Shown: one piece after another, positions 13,061 to 27,100 of the stretch
Layout of the letters: each line of letters starts with the position of its first letter
Position numbering within the stretch: the stretch's first letter is position 1
Source of the DNA: Phoronis australis
Taxonomy: Eukaryota; Animalia; Phoronida
Direction: 5' to 3'
DNA length: 64,000 nt
Assembly: GCA_002633005.1 (NCBI GenBank)
Contig: NMRA01000462.1
Location: 227,594-291,593, forward strand
Program-made: the position numbers and the translations under genes
The notes under the pieces: model-generated
Databases searched by the model: none
What the model was told of the DNA's origin: nothing
The model's input: only the letters and a program-made list of their open reading frames with translations

Positions 13061-15850
13061 TGCATGAGAACCTATTCATATTCAGGTTTTGTTGGATTCA
13101 ACCGGACTAGCCCACTGAAAGGGGTGTCAGGTAGGATAGATGCAGAACAACAAAAACATATTATTTCAACTTGCCATGTGATGTCTGCGACACCTGAGTC
13201 AGTTGTAGTGATTAGTTAGCTCTTGCCAGTTGTGTGAGTCTGGCGCATGAGAGGTAATTTAAATGCGCCCTTGAGTGATTATAAAAGAGTAAGGAAATGT
13301 TTTTGATATGTGTCATAGGACTCTTATCAGAATTAGATAACCAGGTTTTCCTGGGAGGTATAGAAACAGCCGGGTACCGTAATCTATTTTCCTTTCTTTA
13401 CAAACTATAGGCATAAGTTGTATAGGTGATCCAGGTTTAAAATTACTTTATACATGGTAACATACTAAAGAATTGAGGCACTATGTAATCTTTAGATCTT
13501 GGAAACGAAGCACGCTATGAATTTCTACTCTGCTGAAGCTAGGTAACTGTAACAATGTAGTTTGGTGATGAAATTCTCTGAACTTCTTAGAAGTACCTGA
13601 CACATTAGATAGTGCTGATCTGAAGTGGCCTCTGTACTTTTACAGTCTTCTGATAAGTGGCTCACGAGGATAGCTGGTCAATCATTGTAATACTGCTTAT
13701 CAATTTCCTAGTTCTATTTTCATCAGGCACACCAGTGCAAACAAAGCAGGGGAGTTTTGATAAACTTTTATGCACTGTGTATTGAAATGGAATGACACCA
13801 GAGGCACTGTGGTTTAACAGAACAGATAAAGATGAGCCGATGAACGAAACATTGAAAACTTCATATTTCAGAAGTGTTCCATTATGATGAGAAATCACAT
13901 GTACTTTATTGTTGATTTTGCTTGCTGATTGAACATGATAAGTATGGTGAAGCATGCTGATAATATGTGTGACAGTTCATTTGCCCATTGTTGATTTCAA
14001 GGTAAATTGTTGTGAGACATATGAATGATAAATATAACGTTAAGAATTGTGAAGGCTATTCTGAATTTCATTTACAGTGTATTCTCCCCCTTTTTAGTGT
14101 ACTGTAAGGCAGACAAGTGAAATTTTACAAGAATAGATATTAAGAAAATGTTAGCCTGTTGTTTGCTTAGTATGTAGTGTGCAGATGTCATGAGATGTTT
14201 GGCAAAGTTTCTGTAATTGTTTGCAACAAAGTAATCTCCCTTGAAAAATGGAGAAGTGACAATTTTGAAATTATTTTTGTGTGAATTAAGAGGATTACGA
14301 AATAAATATACAGGTTTTTCAGTTTGGCATTTCATAAATTGACAAGGACTTGATTAATAATGCGCCATGAACTGTCTTTAACAGTTTGTTATCTATATCA
14401 TCAGTTTGTCTAATTATTGTCTTGTTTTTGAAGTGAATGCGCGTCATACTTGCGTACATAGTTATTTAAATACACGTGTTCGTCATACCTCCCTTTGTTA
14501 TTACCTCATTACGTGTATCCTCATCTCTTTATTATCGCTACAACCATCATTTACCTTGTGAGTCGTGACAACATTGCTGTTAGAAGGAACTATGAGCCCT
14601 AATAATCTTTCTGTTAGACATTTTTGAGGATATCCAAGGTAATTTCATAATACCATCATCATATGTGGCCAAATTGGTTTGTGTGGGACTTGTCCTGTGA
14701 AACTGTGTGGAACAGATTTTTCTACTGAGAACAATCTTTACAATTCAGGATGTTTGAACTTACCAGAGAAAACAACATTTTACCATTTTATCTGTATAAA
14801 AATATTTTTCTAAATCTCTTTAAAGTGGTATGAAATCTGTACAAAACGAGTTTTAATTTAGTCCACCTACCATTATAAAATCAGTCTTGTCATGTTCCTT
14901 AATAAGTTTTTTTAAGTGTTCTCTGGGCTTGAAAACAATTGATATATCCTTATTTCATCAGACCAAACTCATAACATTTCCAGTCACGATATGACCTGAA
15001 GTTTTATGAGCTTGGTCTGAAGACATACCTGCTCTTTCCAATCCTCTGAAGTCACGAATTGAGACTACTTCGTGTTGCAGGCTTTTCAAAATCAGCTGCT
15101 GTCATCTATTTAGGGATAGGGCCCATATTTGGCTAACTCCCGAACATCATGTCTCAGAAGTGGGTGGGGCGATTCATATGAAACGTTCCTTTTGCCTTGT
15201 GTGCTGTTCTTCAAAACTCTGTCAAGAATGGTTTTTAAAATGTTCCACTTTTACTTGAGGGGCTATGAAAAATTGCACTTTTATGAATAAAATCGATATT
15301 TATGAAAAACAAAAAGAGAAAATGATGCCTTAAAAAACCAATTGGATATTTGAAATTTCATCTTGAACATTAATAAGAAACGAAATTTAGTCTTGTAATG
15401 GATACTGTAGAATTGCTGTCTATGTACCTTCCTTGTGTTCTAAGTTCTAATGAAAACACACGGTCACGTGACCCAACTCATGTCAGATTGGTAAATATAC
15501 AAAAATCTAATTCTACAAGCTTTCTGCTTTCAGAAAATATATACTTTTACTGGGTTAAAATTAATGATTTTGTTGTTATATGGCTTAATACACAGAGTTT
15601 TCGATAAGGTCCTACATAACCTTAAACATCCTCTTATTGGGGACCATGGTACTGTGTGCTAAGGCATTTAAAACATTCTTTGGAGACATTTTTTGGAATC
15701 TGTAAACAGGATGTCTCTGTTTCTGATTAATAAAATTCCAGCATATTTGTGGAACCTGCTGTGATGTCCTTTTTGTAGGGGTGTAACCTGTTGATTTACT
15801 GTCAATACCGCCTTCAGGATTTTGTACTATTGCCAATGTTTTTACCCAGC

Positions 15851-16370
15851 AAGGTAATGGTCTGCTGCGGTTACTAAGGATCGAATTTCTTAAATAAATT
15901 TTAAGTATCGTTACTGTTCCCAGAGAACTAGATGTATTTTTAAAATCTTTGATGGTCATGGAATCTTACTATGTGCTTGTAAGCACACGATTGCGTTTTT
16001 CACTAAAATCATTATTTTTCATGGAGCTTGCCATATTTTCCCTGAACATTATTTTTTGCATGAAACTTGAATATTCTATTTCTTTTCTTTTCTTTTGTAG
16101 CCTGTTTGCCTTAGAGTTCTGCTGACAAAATTCAATTCAAGTTTCATGCGAAAAAATTCAGGTTTGTAGAAATTACGGCGATCTTAGTGAAAAATGAAGA
16201 TTTAAAAAAACGCAGTCATGTGATCATGACTATCTGGGCATCATTTTTGTGGACATAGAGATTCTGTGATGCCCAATGATTTTAAAAACAAAGTTTTATG
16301 GGTCTACTGTTAATCTATAAAAATTGTTTAAGAAATTAAGTCCATGGTAATGAAAATTGCCTATCACCTT
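15851..16370. mobile_element. Fold-back (largely palindromic) non-autonomous element
   Basis: Nested inverted matches: aatttcttaaataaatttt/aaaattgtttaagaaatt, tttttcactaaaatc/gatcttagtgaaaaa, ttttttgcatgaaacttgaat/attcaagtttcatgcgaaaaaa. Confidence 0.55.
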
Positions 16371-19300
16371 TGAAAACTTAAGCCATGTTTTGAAAAACCC
16401 GAGTTCTTCCTCTTTTGTCCCAAATAGTTGAAATTGTGTTCCAAAGTGGTACATTTTTATTTCTTAGAATTAAATATGATAATGATATGCGCAGCAAGTG
16501 AAAATAATGTGTAGGTGTAGTGATTTTGCTGAATTAACAGAACTAAAGATAACCACCTGAAAACGTGGCATGCAATTTGCACCTTGTTTGAATTTTTGTC
16601 CAGGGAGAACCCTGAATTAATTATACCTTTAATTTTCATTCCTTCAGTTAACATTTCTTGAAATGGGTTATGATATATGTCTGCCAAATATACAAGTTGT
16701 AACAATTGTTTTCAAGTACTTCAACTTAAAGTACCTTGTTAAAGTGGTAGAACTCTACCAAAGTTGACAATTGTGAGGTAAAACATACTGGATGTAACAT
16801 AGGTCAGTGACCCTCTTGGTGTTTAAGGGACTGTTCACAATAATATCACTTTTCACTTGAGAACAAAACACAATGGAGGGAAGATAGTGGTCCAGGCTTG
16901 GTGTTACCATAAAGTTTTGATGTCTTAAAAATGGCCATATGAAAAGACAAATGTCAACACTGCATTTAATGCTTTTTTATTCCCCGAAATCACAAAAAAA
17001 GAACCAACTGCTTCAACATGACCGTGATTCACTGTCTTGGCACTTTCTTTTGTAATAGCTGACATGGGGTACCTTTAAGATTCATTTTGCCCCTGTTTAA
17101 CTGTTAATGGTTTGGAGTCATTACTGTGCACGTTAGATATTGAAATGTTGTGGAATGATCCAACAGGCTACATGCACCATTTTCGAATTCACGGTTAAAA
17201 CAAGAAAGTAAAAATAACTTGAAGAGAAAAGGCAAAATATTGAAGAAATAAGTTTTTAAAACTTTTTGGTCTTATCGAGATAGTGTAGATAATTGCTATT
17301 TTTTTATCTTGTATCTATTAATGTATTTATTATTATAGTTGTGCATAGTATCTAATTAACTAATAATAATGCCTAATTCAATTTAATTGTTTAACATTAA
17401 TGAAATCATGGTTTTTTAAGTCTCGATTTTATTGCAAATACAAAAAGTAATATTAACGTTATGTTTGGGCAAGTTCAGTACATCACTCTCAGAAATGGCT
17501 GACCACATTTCTGTAAATCATTCAGGTACCATGCTTTACACACTGTTCAGTCAAAGGAGTTGTTTTTTGAATGTTCCACTTTTGCATGGGGGGGTCTTTC
17601 AAAAATAGGACCTATATGATTGCTATGAAAAAGTTGCACCAAGTAAAAATGAAATGGAAATTTAGAAAAATGGATCATTTTAAGGTTTTGTTTTATCTTG
17701 AACTTTCATATCATTCAAAATTTGTTCATGTTGTTGATTAGATTGTTTTACTATGTTTATACCTTTCTTTTTTGTTAATTTTCCTTAAAAAGCAAGGTCA
17801 CGCGGCCGGACTAGTGGCAGATTGGTTTAAAATCAAAATCAAATTCATACGGAATTTCTACTTGTGGAAAATATATACTTTTTGGTGAGTTAAATTCTAT
17901 AGTTTTGTAGAATGATATTGGGCTGAATGTAGAAAGGTTTGGATATGGTTGCCTACCGTAATTTTAAGCATAGATTTTCCTCTTCTGGTTTTTGAATGGA
18001 TGTTGAACAAGATATGTATGAGTACAGAAGCTCATTTCCCACTATTGGTAAACAAAATGTATGCTTGCTGTAGTTATTAAAACTATTGCTCTTGCAAGTA
18101 ACATATTGGTGATTGTTTTTAGGAATTGCGCACTGGTACCGTTATTGTATAGTGAAGTAGATCCTAGTAGGAACTAGCCGATTCCATGAATCCTCGTAAA
18201 AATGACAATGAGGATATCTAGGACCCTAGCAAAATGTCCAAATTTAGAAAACTTATATTTCAGAAATGGCTGATCGGATTTGCATTTTGTGTTGAATCTA
18301 CATTTTGCAGCTTATTTCACTATAAGTGACTCTAGAGCACTTTTATTTCTTGGTTATCTTGGCATATTTTTCGTTGCAGAAATACCAGGTGATTTGTTTA
18401 ATTTTTCCCAATGTACATTGTGCACCATTCAACAGATCACGCGACACATTAAAACATGTTGCAGAAAATACTGTAAAGTCATTTATTTAAATCATGAAAA
18501 ATTTAATAGTTGTTCTCCATGACCTGTTTTAATGTCTGTCTGTAACCTGTTCACCAGCATTTGTGACCTGTTTGAAAAAAACAGCGACCAGTTTAGAAAA
18601 AGGCGTCTGACCATCATTAGCAATGTCTTCATTGATTTAAAATTAGTTTTAGCCCATTGAAACTGAATAAATGCTAACTGGGTATAAAAGACACGTCAAT
18701 TTGCACTTAAGGTATTGAAACTCCAAGTACATTCGTACTGCAGAAAGGTTTCTACCGCTGCACAATTCGGACATGTTTGGTGGTTTTACTGTTCTTTCGA
18801 CACGTTGAGTCTTCTACTGTTAATTTATAATTATGGTTTTTAATAAATAAGTTGAGCACTAATGAAATTGTAAAGTGTATTTTGTTATATTATATATCAC
18901 ATTTTGGATTTTAGATTAGTTCCTTTTGGTGAATTCATGGAGCACTGAGCTGGGTTTTTTTTTCAGCTCTGAGTTTTTATATATCTAATATTCACATATT
19001 TATATACAGTGGCTATCTTTTTCAAAACAATTGACCACCTGGAGAAGAATATGTTACCTGAGTAAGGAGATATTGAAGGTTGCATGTTATGTTGTGAACA
19101 ACTGAGTGAATGCAGGAGTGGGTTGTTAGGATTCACATGAGATTGCTGACTTGCCCTGTTGATTTTATGGCAAAAATCTCGCTAATTTCGAGCCGAAATA
19201 CATGCGAAAATTTCCTTTTTTTCATTTTTCAAGGTCTTCTAACATTGTGAATGCCCACAGTTATTCAAAATATTGCTTTTTGGTAGCTAGAGTACTGAAC

Positions 19301-20654
19301 TCAAACAGTAGTAAAGCATTAAATCAGTACTGCATATGTTTTTATGAAAAAACAAGTGAGAAGATTGAATTTCACTTGTCCCCTATATTGTGTACTAAAT
19401 TGGTGAGATGTGAATATGGCAGTCTCAATGGTGAGAATTTACCCTTGTTGTATCCTGATGATTTTGAAGTTATGACTAGCTTGAAAACCTGATGGATGGC
19501 AAAAATTCTGTTTGGGACACTGAAATTCCAGCCAAGATTGAATTTTCTTGATTATGAAGACAGGGACATGGGTAATTGTGACATTCATCAAGTTTCTCAA
19601 ATATCAGCACTGCATTTTGTATCATTACTCTGAGATTAAATTGCCGAAAATAGTTGCTAATGTAAAACTCGTCATGTGATTCTTGAATTTTGGACAGCCA
19701 ATATTCCTTATTTCTAAATTTTGGTACGAACTTCGACCTTGAGCAATACAATTAAATTTTCACTGTCACAAACTGGATAATTTATACTGTATTCAGTAAA
19801 CCAACTTTTCAGTATTGTTAGAAAACTTGCAGAACTTGCAGAACTCAAGTTTGAGATATTGATGGTTATTACGAAAAATACAATAAGAGTTAAGCGCAGA
19901 AAGTGCTAGAAAGCATTATATCTGGACTTGATGGTTAAGTGAAATCCTATTTTAAAAACGGAAATCGTTGAAGCCGAAAAGTTTACCAATTTTGACCAGC
20001 ATTGAAACCTGATGCTTATATACTTATAGCCAGCCAAATAATGTTGTGGAGGTGGAGTGTTGGCCCTCACATACAGAGGACTTGCCAAGTATTTGGATTG
20101 ATTATCTTACAGATAGGTAGTATTGAAAACTTTCCTAAAACTCAAGTTCTGATATAAAGGCATTAATGACATTCACTTTTAAAAATGAATCTATGTTGAG
20201 AGCTTTACACCAACACATGTGTAGGTTATTGTGTTGTCTGTACAACAAAAATCTTGTTCAGCATTTGGTATTTGGTTTGTACTCTCTGACAGGGATTGTT
20301 ACAAAGTTTGATAACCAAAAATAAACAATTATCCACCATGTAAATGTTGAATTCTTAACCAAAGCTTTGGGGTTTAAAAACAACCCATGTTTATCTGATA
20401 TTGAATTGTTACTGAATGAGCCTGCAAATCAAGTAGCAGGCAACACATTTAGTGCACCATTTCCAAATTCATAATTTTTGAATGGACCAACCCCAATAAA
20501 CTTTGAAAGTTTGCTCGAGTTGCTGGTGGTTTCAATTTTCTTGTTGGTAACAGAAATCAAATCCTCTCATGGTAAGGAGTATTAGGAGACCGAATTCATG
20601 GGCTTAAGTGCCTTGATTCACATTTTGTTTTTTTTACTGCTAAATGCTGAGGAA

Positions 20655-21150
20655 GTGCTTACCTAAATTTTACTATTTTGTTGTCCAACGAGGTCACCTT
20701 ACCTTGACAGTTGCTACACAAGGAAACAATTTCTATGGTAAATAAAAGAAGTCCTGCATGTTGATTTAATGACTCCATGGCGGTGTTCCATAGAACTAGT
20801 TTCTTACAAGAAAAAGAGGCCATGTAATACCTCGCGAATGAAAGGTAGTGCTTCGCGAAAAAAATAATCATGATCTCACTAGAGCAACTTAGCAAAATGG
20901 CGTCTTCTGTAGTGATTGGCCGGTGAGGTTGTAATCCTGGATTATGTTATAGAGTTCGTGAATTATGGAATAGAATGCAATCTTTCCAATCTGGAAGCAA
21001 AGATTTTTCGCTGTAAGTGCAAACTAATATTTCGAAATCTACGGAACACTGACCAGGGCCGACTTTCATGGATACAAGAATCCTACGGAGGAGGAGAATG
21101 TGATCATGTGCTCCCCTAGCAATTTCCTGTCATATGGCGGGAACTCCTTT
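20655..21150. promoter_or_regulatory. Candidate bidirectional housekeeping-type promoter / first exons
   Basis: Local CpG enrichment; CTCGCGAA and TTCGCGAA (TCTCGCGAGA-like) at ~20831 and ~20852; YY1-type ATGGCG cores at ~20777, ~20897, ~21134; reverse CCAAT (ATTGG) at ~20915. Strong minus-strand donors AG|GTAAGC (20662) and AG|GTAAGG (20702); plus-strand donor CG|GTGAGG (20923). Confidence 0.45.
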
Positions 21151-24100
21151 TGCGTACATTGTACAGTTAGTGATTTTTTCATGTAAAGAATACAGCAAGT
21201 ACTTGGATAAGTTGAAACAGCATGCCAAAATTAGTAAATTGTGGAACAAAATATTAGCAATGTTAACCAGTCGCTGCCCGCTGTTGGCAAACGCAGTAAC
21301 CCCTGCCGATGGAAGTAAGTGTTCTTGTTGTAGGGAAGCGTCGAGGGTCCGCTGTTAAATCCACCTTTTTATTCTGAATTTAGCTCGGGCTGTTAACTTC
21401 TATCCAATATCCAACCTAAGTGTTCCCATTTATCAAAGCTTCCGAGCCAGTGGGAAAGGCCTCAATGGGAAACCTAATAAACAAATCTTGTGGTTCTCCA
21501 CCTCTGAGGTGGTAAATATGTTTGATGTTGTTGTTGTTGAGGTGTTGCGGTAGACAGATCCTTAAAGTGCATGAAACCACATGGGTCAACCTTAAATAAT
21601 TATCGTTAATGGTAGATCAACTACTTCTAAGTTGTTTTGAGAAACATGTTACTGGGTTTTTTCACAGCAGTAAGAGAAATTGAGTAACATTTTAATTGGC
21701 CTTGGTGGGTTAACCGTTCCTGTTTTTTCCACAAAACTTGTAATTTTTTATCACAGAAGCAAATTTCAAAGTGCTTTAATATCCTATGAGAGATTAACCA
21801 AATTTCTTGCAAAAAGATGTTATGGTAGTTATTTTTGAAACAAACTTTTCTTGTTAATTAGCCGGTTCATTCTTGCAATGAAAGCTTAAGATGCCATCTG
21901 AAAGAATATGCTGAACTGAGAATTTAATACTGCTACGTCTCTTAGAATGTACGTCTTAAGTGCAGAGATCGTCATTTTGCAGAATTATTTAGTTTCGCAT
22001 TTACGTTTTTTTGGGCTTACCATTGCTAATTACCTTGAAACATTGTAATAATAATAACTTTAAAGTGCCTGCCACAACTTGGCATTGCTGGGAGCATTCA
22101 AATGTCACTTCAACTTTATTTGTAGACACACTGCACTGACTATCCTTGCTATGCAAATGCACAACCTAAAAGTAGCACCTGGCTTGATTGATCTCTTGGA
22201 ACGGTCCAACTCATCCGTACTTAGTTGAACTATATGCGAGTATTGGCAGAAACTATCGAGATGACATGCTTAGGTGAATGCCGACTACACAACTTTGAAG
22301 CGTGTGTCACTTTTTTCTTTTGTACTAAACCAATGAGCCAGCACTTGAGCCAACAAGTGGAGATGTCGTGTGCCGTGGTAATTTACCTGCTAACAATGCT
22401 TGCTTTTTGTGTTCTGTAGTAATCCCTGGGTGAAAAAGTTGCAGCACAGTAAATTCATTAACTTACGATAATCTCTGGTATTAGAGCTACTCTGAGTGGA
22501 TTAAAAGGACAGAAGGGTACATAATAGGATACTTTCGGTTATGAAAACAATATTTTCTTGTTCTTTACTCTCATTAAAAATGATTTCCAGGCTTGATTGA
22601 CAGATCGTTAACACTTGAGACCAGGGACCCATTAAGTTACTTGTCACTATGTGTCCAAGGGGGGAAAATTGGTCGTTATGGACCATGCGAGACATGTTCT
22701 GTTCTAGCAAAAAAGATGCCACGTTGGTGATCTCAGGTATTGGCTGGGTCCGCTGGCTTTTGCTTTAGGTACCTTGTTTATTTCATTTTTGGTTCTTGTC
22801 AACGGAGTTTGGCATCTAGGGAATTTTGCAAGGCTGCATTTGGTGAATGGAATATTAAAAATTAAAAAATGAAATGTCACCACAATGTATTCCACTACTC
22901 ATTATTAGCAGTGACAGGTGCCAATAACACCGATAACACCGCAGTTAACCATTCATACCGCAACGAGACATCGACTCTCCATTGTTCAATCCACCTGTTC
23001 ACTGCGAAGTCGAACTTAATTCATTCTGTTGTGAGCTCTAAGATCCCACTCCATTTTTAAAGAAAGTTTCACATTTTTTTTTCTAAAACTCTGGATAGAT
23101 AATTTTATCATGACAGCATTTTACATCCTTTTTTATGTAGCTTTTGAAGATTTGTTCCTTATGTTTAGACAATGAAATTATGTAAAATCTAAATTCATAT
23201 TTTTCCAGGTTGCATTTTTTGGGTTGTCACGGTTTAAATACCATGTTGCTTGTATTTCAAGTCCAACCATGCATGAGGCTATCTGAGTTCTTTCCCTTCT
23301 GCTTGCTTCCTTTGTTATGTTCCCTAATACGGAACTTTCTTTTGTTTTAACAAACCTTTTGAAAAGCCCCATGACATTTCCTGAGGTTGAAAGTGTAAAG
23401 GTTTGCCATTTCGTTATCTAATGCAACTTCTTCCTCTTAACTGTGTGAACATCCAAGAGTAAAATCTCAGCGATTACTGATGAAGATAATTGCTCAAAAT
23501 GCCCTTTTCTCATTTTTCAAAGTCTTCTTACAGTGCCAAGAAGTTTTCGAAATTTCGTGTGATGACAGATACCGTACAAAAGTTTAACACCATAAAATGT
23601 GAATTTGTTTCCATTTATTTGGTGTGAAAAAGTTTGGAAAATAAAATTTCTACTGTTGGTATTATTTTTTCCTAAACTGGTAAGATTGCAGAATAGTTGG
23701 CGCTGTACAAAATTCGCTGTAATTACCCTGAGAACAATTTATCAAAAAATCTAATTCACAGTTCAATAGCCTTGCTAAATCAGACCAATTTAAATTTTAA
23801 ACTCAGTGAGCTTCAGAGCCTACATTCTATATACTAAAAAGCACTGTATGGTAGTTTCAGTGCAGTCAGATATCTTACCTGTTTTGCCCCTTATTTCCAA
23901 ATCAATCTGTATCATATACCCATCGTTGTTGCTAGCTCCCGGGATCGCCCAACACTTGCCCAGCTCACATATATAGTTCTAAAGGCTCATGAATATTCAA
24001 CAGTTTGGAATTCACGTCATTCATTAGCTATTCATTGTTCTCCCTCTTAGCCGCAAAGGAGCGCAGGCAGTGACCGTAATGGGTTGAAATTTAGCTGCTG

Positions 24101-27100
24101 AGTATTTCTGCCTGCCTCTTGGTTATTAAGTGACATATGGGGGTAGTTTAAAAACCCTGTTACCCAGTTAGTGCTGGTTTAAGAGTTACAGTGCGTGGAA
24201 ATAAAATAATAGATGAGAAATTCTTCAATTGAACTTAGTGTGGTGCGAAAGTGGTTTTGTTACATTTCTCAAAAATGATTACCGGGGAAGTCTGTCTTCA
24301 TTCAGGCTTTGATTTTGCCACAACCTGAGGGCTAAGTACGTGTGCTTTTACTTGTGGACTGTAAAACATGCACAAAATGCAAGTTACAATTTCTTTCAAG
24401 TTATTTTTAAAGGGACGCGTTTGGTTTTATGGTGAAAAAATGTATTTTGGGGATTATTTTTTAATGTTAAAGACTTCTTGTAGTTATTTAGCTTTGGTTA
24501 GAGTTTTAAAGCAACAAATTCCGTTTAGTTTTTGTTATTTAAGTACAAATCGCCCATTTTCGCTGTTGTCAGTTGGACATTGCTGAAATCAAAGCTGGTG
24601 ACTTCATCAGCTAAATACATTTAGAATATTCTGCCTTTTATCTAGTGGAGTGTATCACTTGCCTGCAAAGCATTAGACTGTGATGCCATGGGTTGCAGGT
24701 TCAATTCTGTGATAAGACTAATCTCAGAATTTACTTTTCTCGCAGATGATGTCACTTAAACCTGAAAAACTAAACTTCTTGGTCATTCTTCTTGTTTCAA
24801 GTACTAGTCCTAGCTGAGCAAAATAATGCTAGTTCAATGTTAGTATGAATCTGTATCTTAAACAACTTGTGCAATTAGGTCAGTGTGGAAAAACAGAAAT
24901 ATTAGCTTTATATACTTATTTCTGTGGTTGCCAGGCTGCTGGTGCTTTAGTTTCCCAAAACTACTATCTTTTTGTTATCAGATCACTTACTTCAGAGCAC
25001 ACATATACAGTACAGGGGAAAGAGACTTTATCATGGAATTAATCAATTGACAGCATAGCGTGAATGCAGTTTTGATATCATTAAACAATTCAGGAGGTGA
25101 GGGAATAAACACTTCGTGGACAGCTCGCCTATCTGGCTAAAACGCTAACACTTTCACCAGTGTTTTAGCCAGTGAAACTGCTGGTATTTTCATGGCTGTT
25201 GTGAGCCTGGTACTGAATCAGGTGTCTGTGTGGTGGGTGTAGGTGTTGATTTATGTTCAACCAAGAAATGTGATCTATCATTTGGGTGGGGGTGTGTGTG
25301 TTGTGTGATGAGCACAGCATCATGTGTACTCTGTTGCCAAGACGATACTTGGCTGGAAAGGTTTTGTGTAATTGGGTATACTTTTGAAGAGAATTATGCT
25401 GTTGCTTTAATGTTGTCCAGTGTAAACAAACACATACCTACAAGTTATCGAATTTCACTAAATGTGATCAAAATGTTAAGGGAGAATTCTACATTCATCT
25501 ACTGATGAAAGAGAAATTGTGAATAACGGAAACAACAACGAATTAGTCACAAAAATCTGTAACCATGTTCACAATTTTCAAATAAATGTTAACATCAGCA
25601 TTGAAGAATTTTGTGGCATCTTTGGTGATTAAAGTTGACATATTTGTTTGAAAATGAAAGTTCAAATGTAACAAATATCAGGCCAGTGTCCTATCCACAC
25701 TTCTCTACTGGTGGTTTGTGATATTAATTGATATTAATTACCTCGATTAAGTGAAAGAGAAGTTAAGAAAAGGTCAGCTGTCATTCAAAGTGGTTGAGAT
25801 ATTGCTATGTACTGTTCAGCTCTGAGGCTTTCAAGATTCAACGATCCAAGTAGCCATCCAATCTCATTTCAGTGGTGACTATTTTTGCCGAGAAATTTTC
25901 CCCTTGTGAAACTACCAGCAACATCTTGCTTTGCTCTCAAGTATAAGCTGAGCAAAGTTGCAAATCACCTAAAAAAAATGTGTAGCTGTCTATTCTTTAT
26001 GACGAATGCTGTGTTTAAATTGTCCAAGTCTCAATGAAGAGCATTGTTACACTCTTTAATTGTTGAGAGGGGTCCTTACATGCCTTTGTCAGCACCTGCC
26101 TCTCAACAGCTGTTGCATGATTGAACTATGCTCCATACAAATCCTCACTTATAAACATGGTTCTGTGCCCAGTAAACTTGGTTCCCCCAAATCACGACAG
26201 CTCACTGACCTCGAAACACATTGCAAGATTTGCAAAATATGACTTATGCACATAAAAGAGAGCTCCCAGCTCACAAACACAGCTCACTAGTTGCCTAGCA
26301 CACTTCACGTGCACCATGTTTTGAGTCAGTGAACTGTTTTTGTTTGGTGCCTAAGCTGTGTTTTGTTTATTGTCAAACCATTTTTGGAAATAGAACTTTC
26401 TTTTTTGAATCCAGCGATCAGATGATGAGGCAAGTTTACCTGGCCAAGAGCCATGTTTTCAAGTAAGGAAATATGTTGAATGAGGGCAGCAGCGTTGTTT
26501 CTTCCCCTAAGATAAGCATCAATTTGTAATGCAACTTACGTAGTATGTATAAGACCTATCCGGACTGGTAAGGACTTGGTTGTTACAAGGGAATTTCATA
26601 CTAATTGCGATGTTTGGGGGTGTTGAGTCGGTATAAACAGTTAACTACCATCTTGCATGCAATGAATTACCGGTAAAAGACCTCGGCAAACAGATGAATT
26701 TAACAGCGAAGCATTGATGTCGTATGAAATCTTAGCAGAGTTATCACCAGGTGTGGCTGTCAATAATGACACGTTTTCTACTATTATTTTATGTTTTTTC
26801 AAATATTCACATGTCTACCAACGTAAACATTTCATTTTATTTATTATCGTAACATACCGTATATACAATACTTCAAGCTTAAAAAATTGCAACATTCTTG
26901 GAGCGCCATCTTGTAATAACTTCGGTGACCACATATCAAACTGAGATAACTTCGATGTCCGCTAACTACCAAAGTCTGTCTGAAAGGTTTGACTATGCAG
27001 TTTACATCAACACTCTCCTGGTACTGGGTTTAGTGCGTATGAAAGTGCCGATAAATGCCTGTTTTTCTGCTTTCTATGATTGCACAATAGTGATTACCCA

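Noticed and set aside
24640-24720. tRNA gene (GGTTGCAGGTTCAATTC T-loop/B-box)
   Set aside because: No consistent cloverleaf or acceptor stem; at most a decayed tRNA-derived SINE head.
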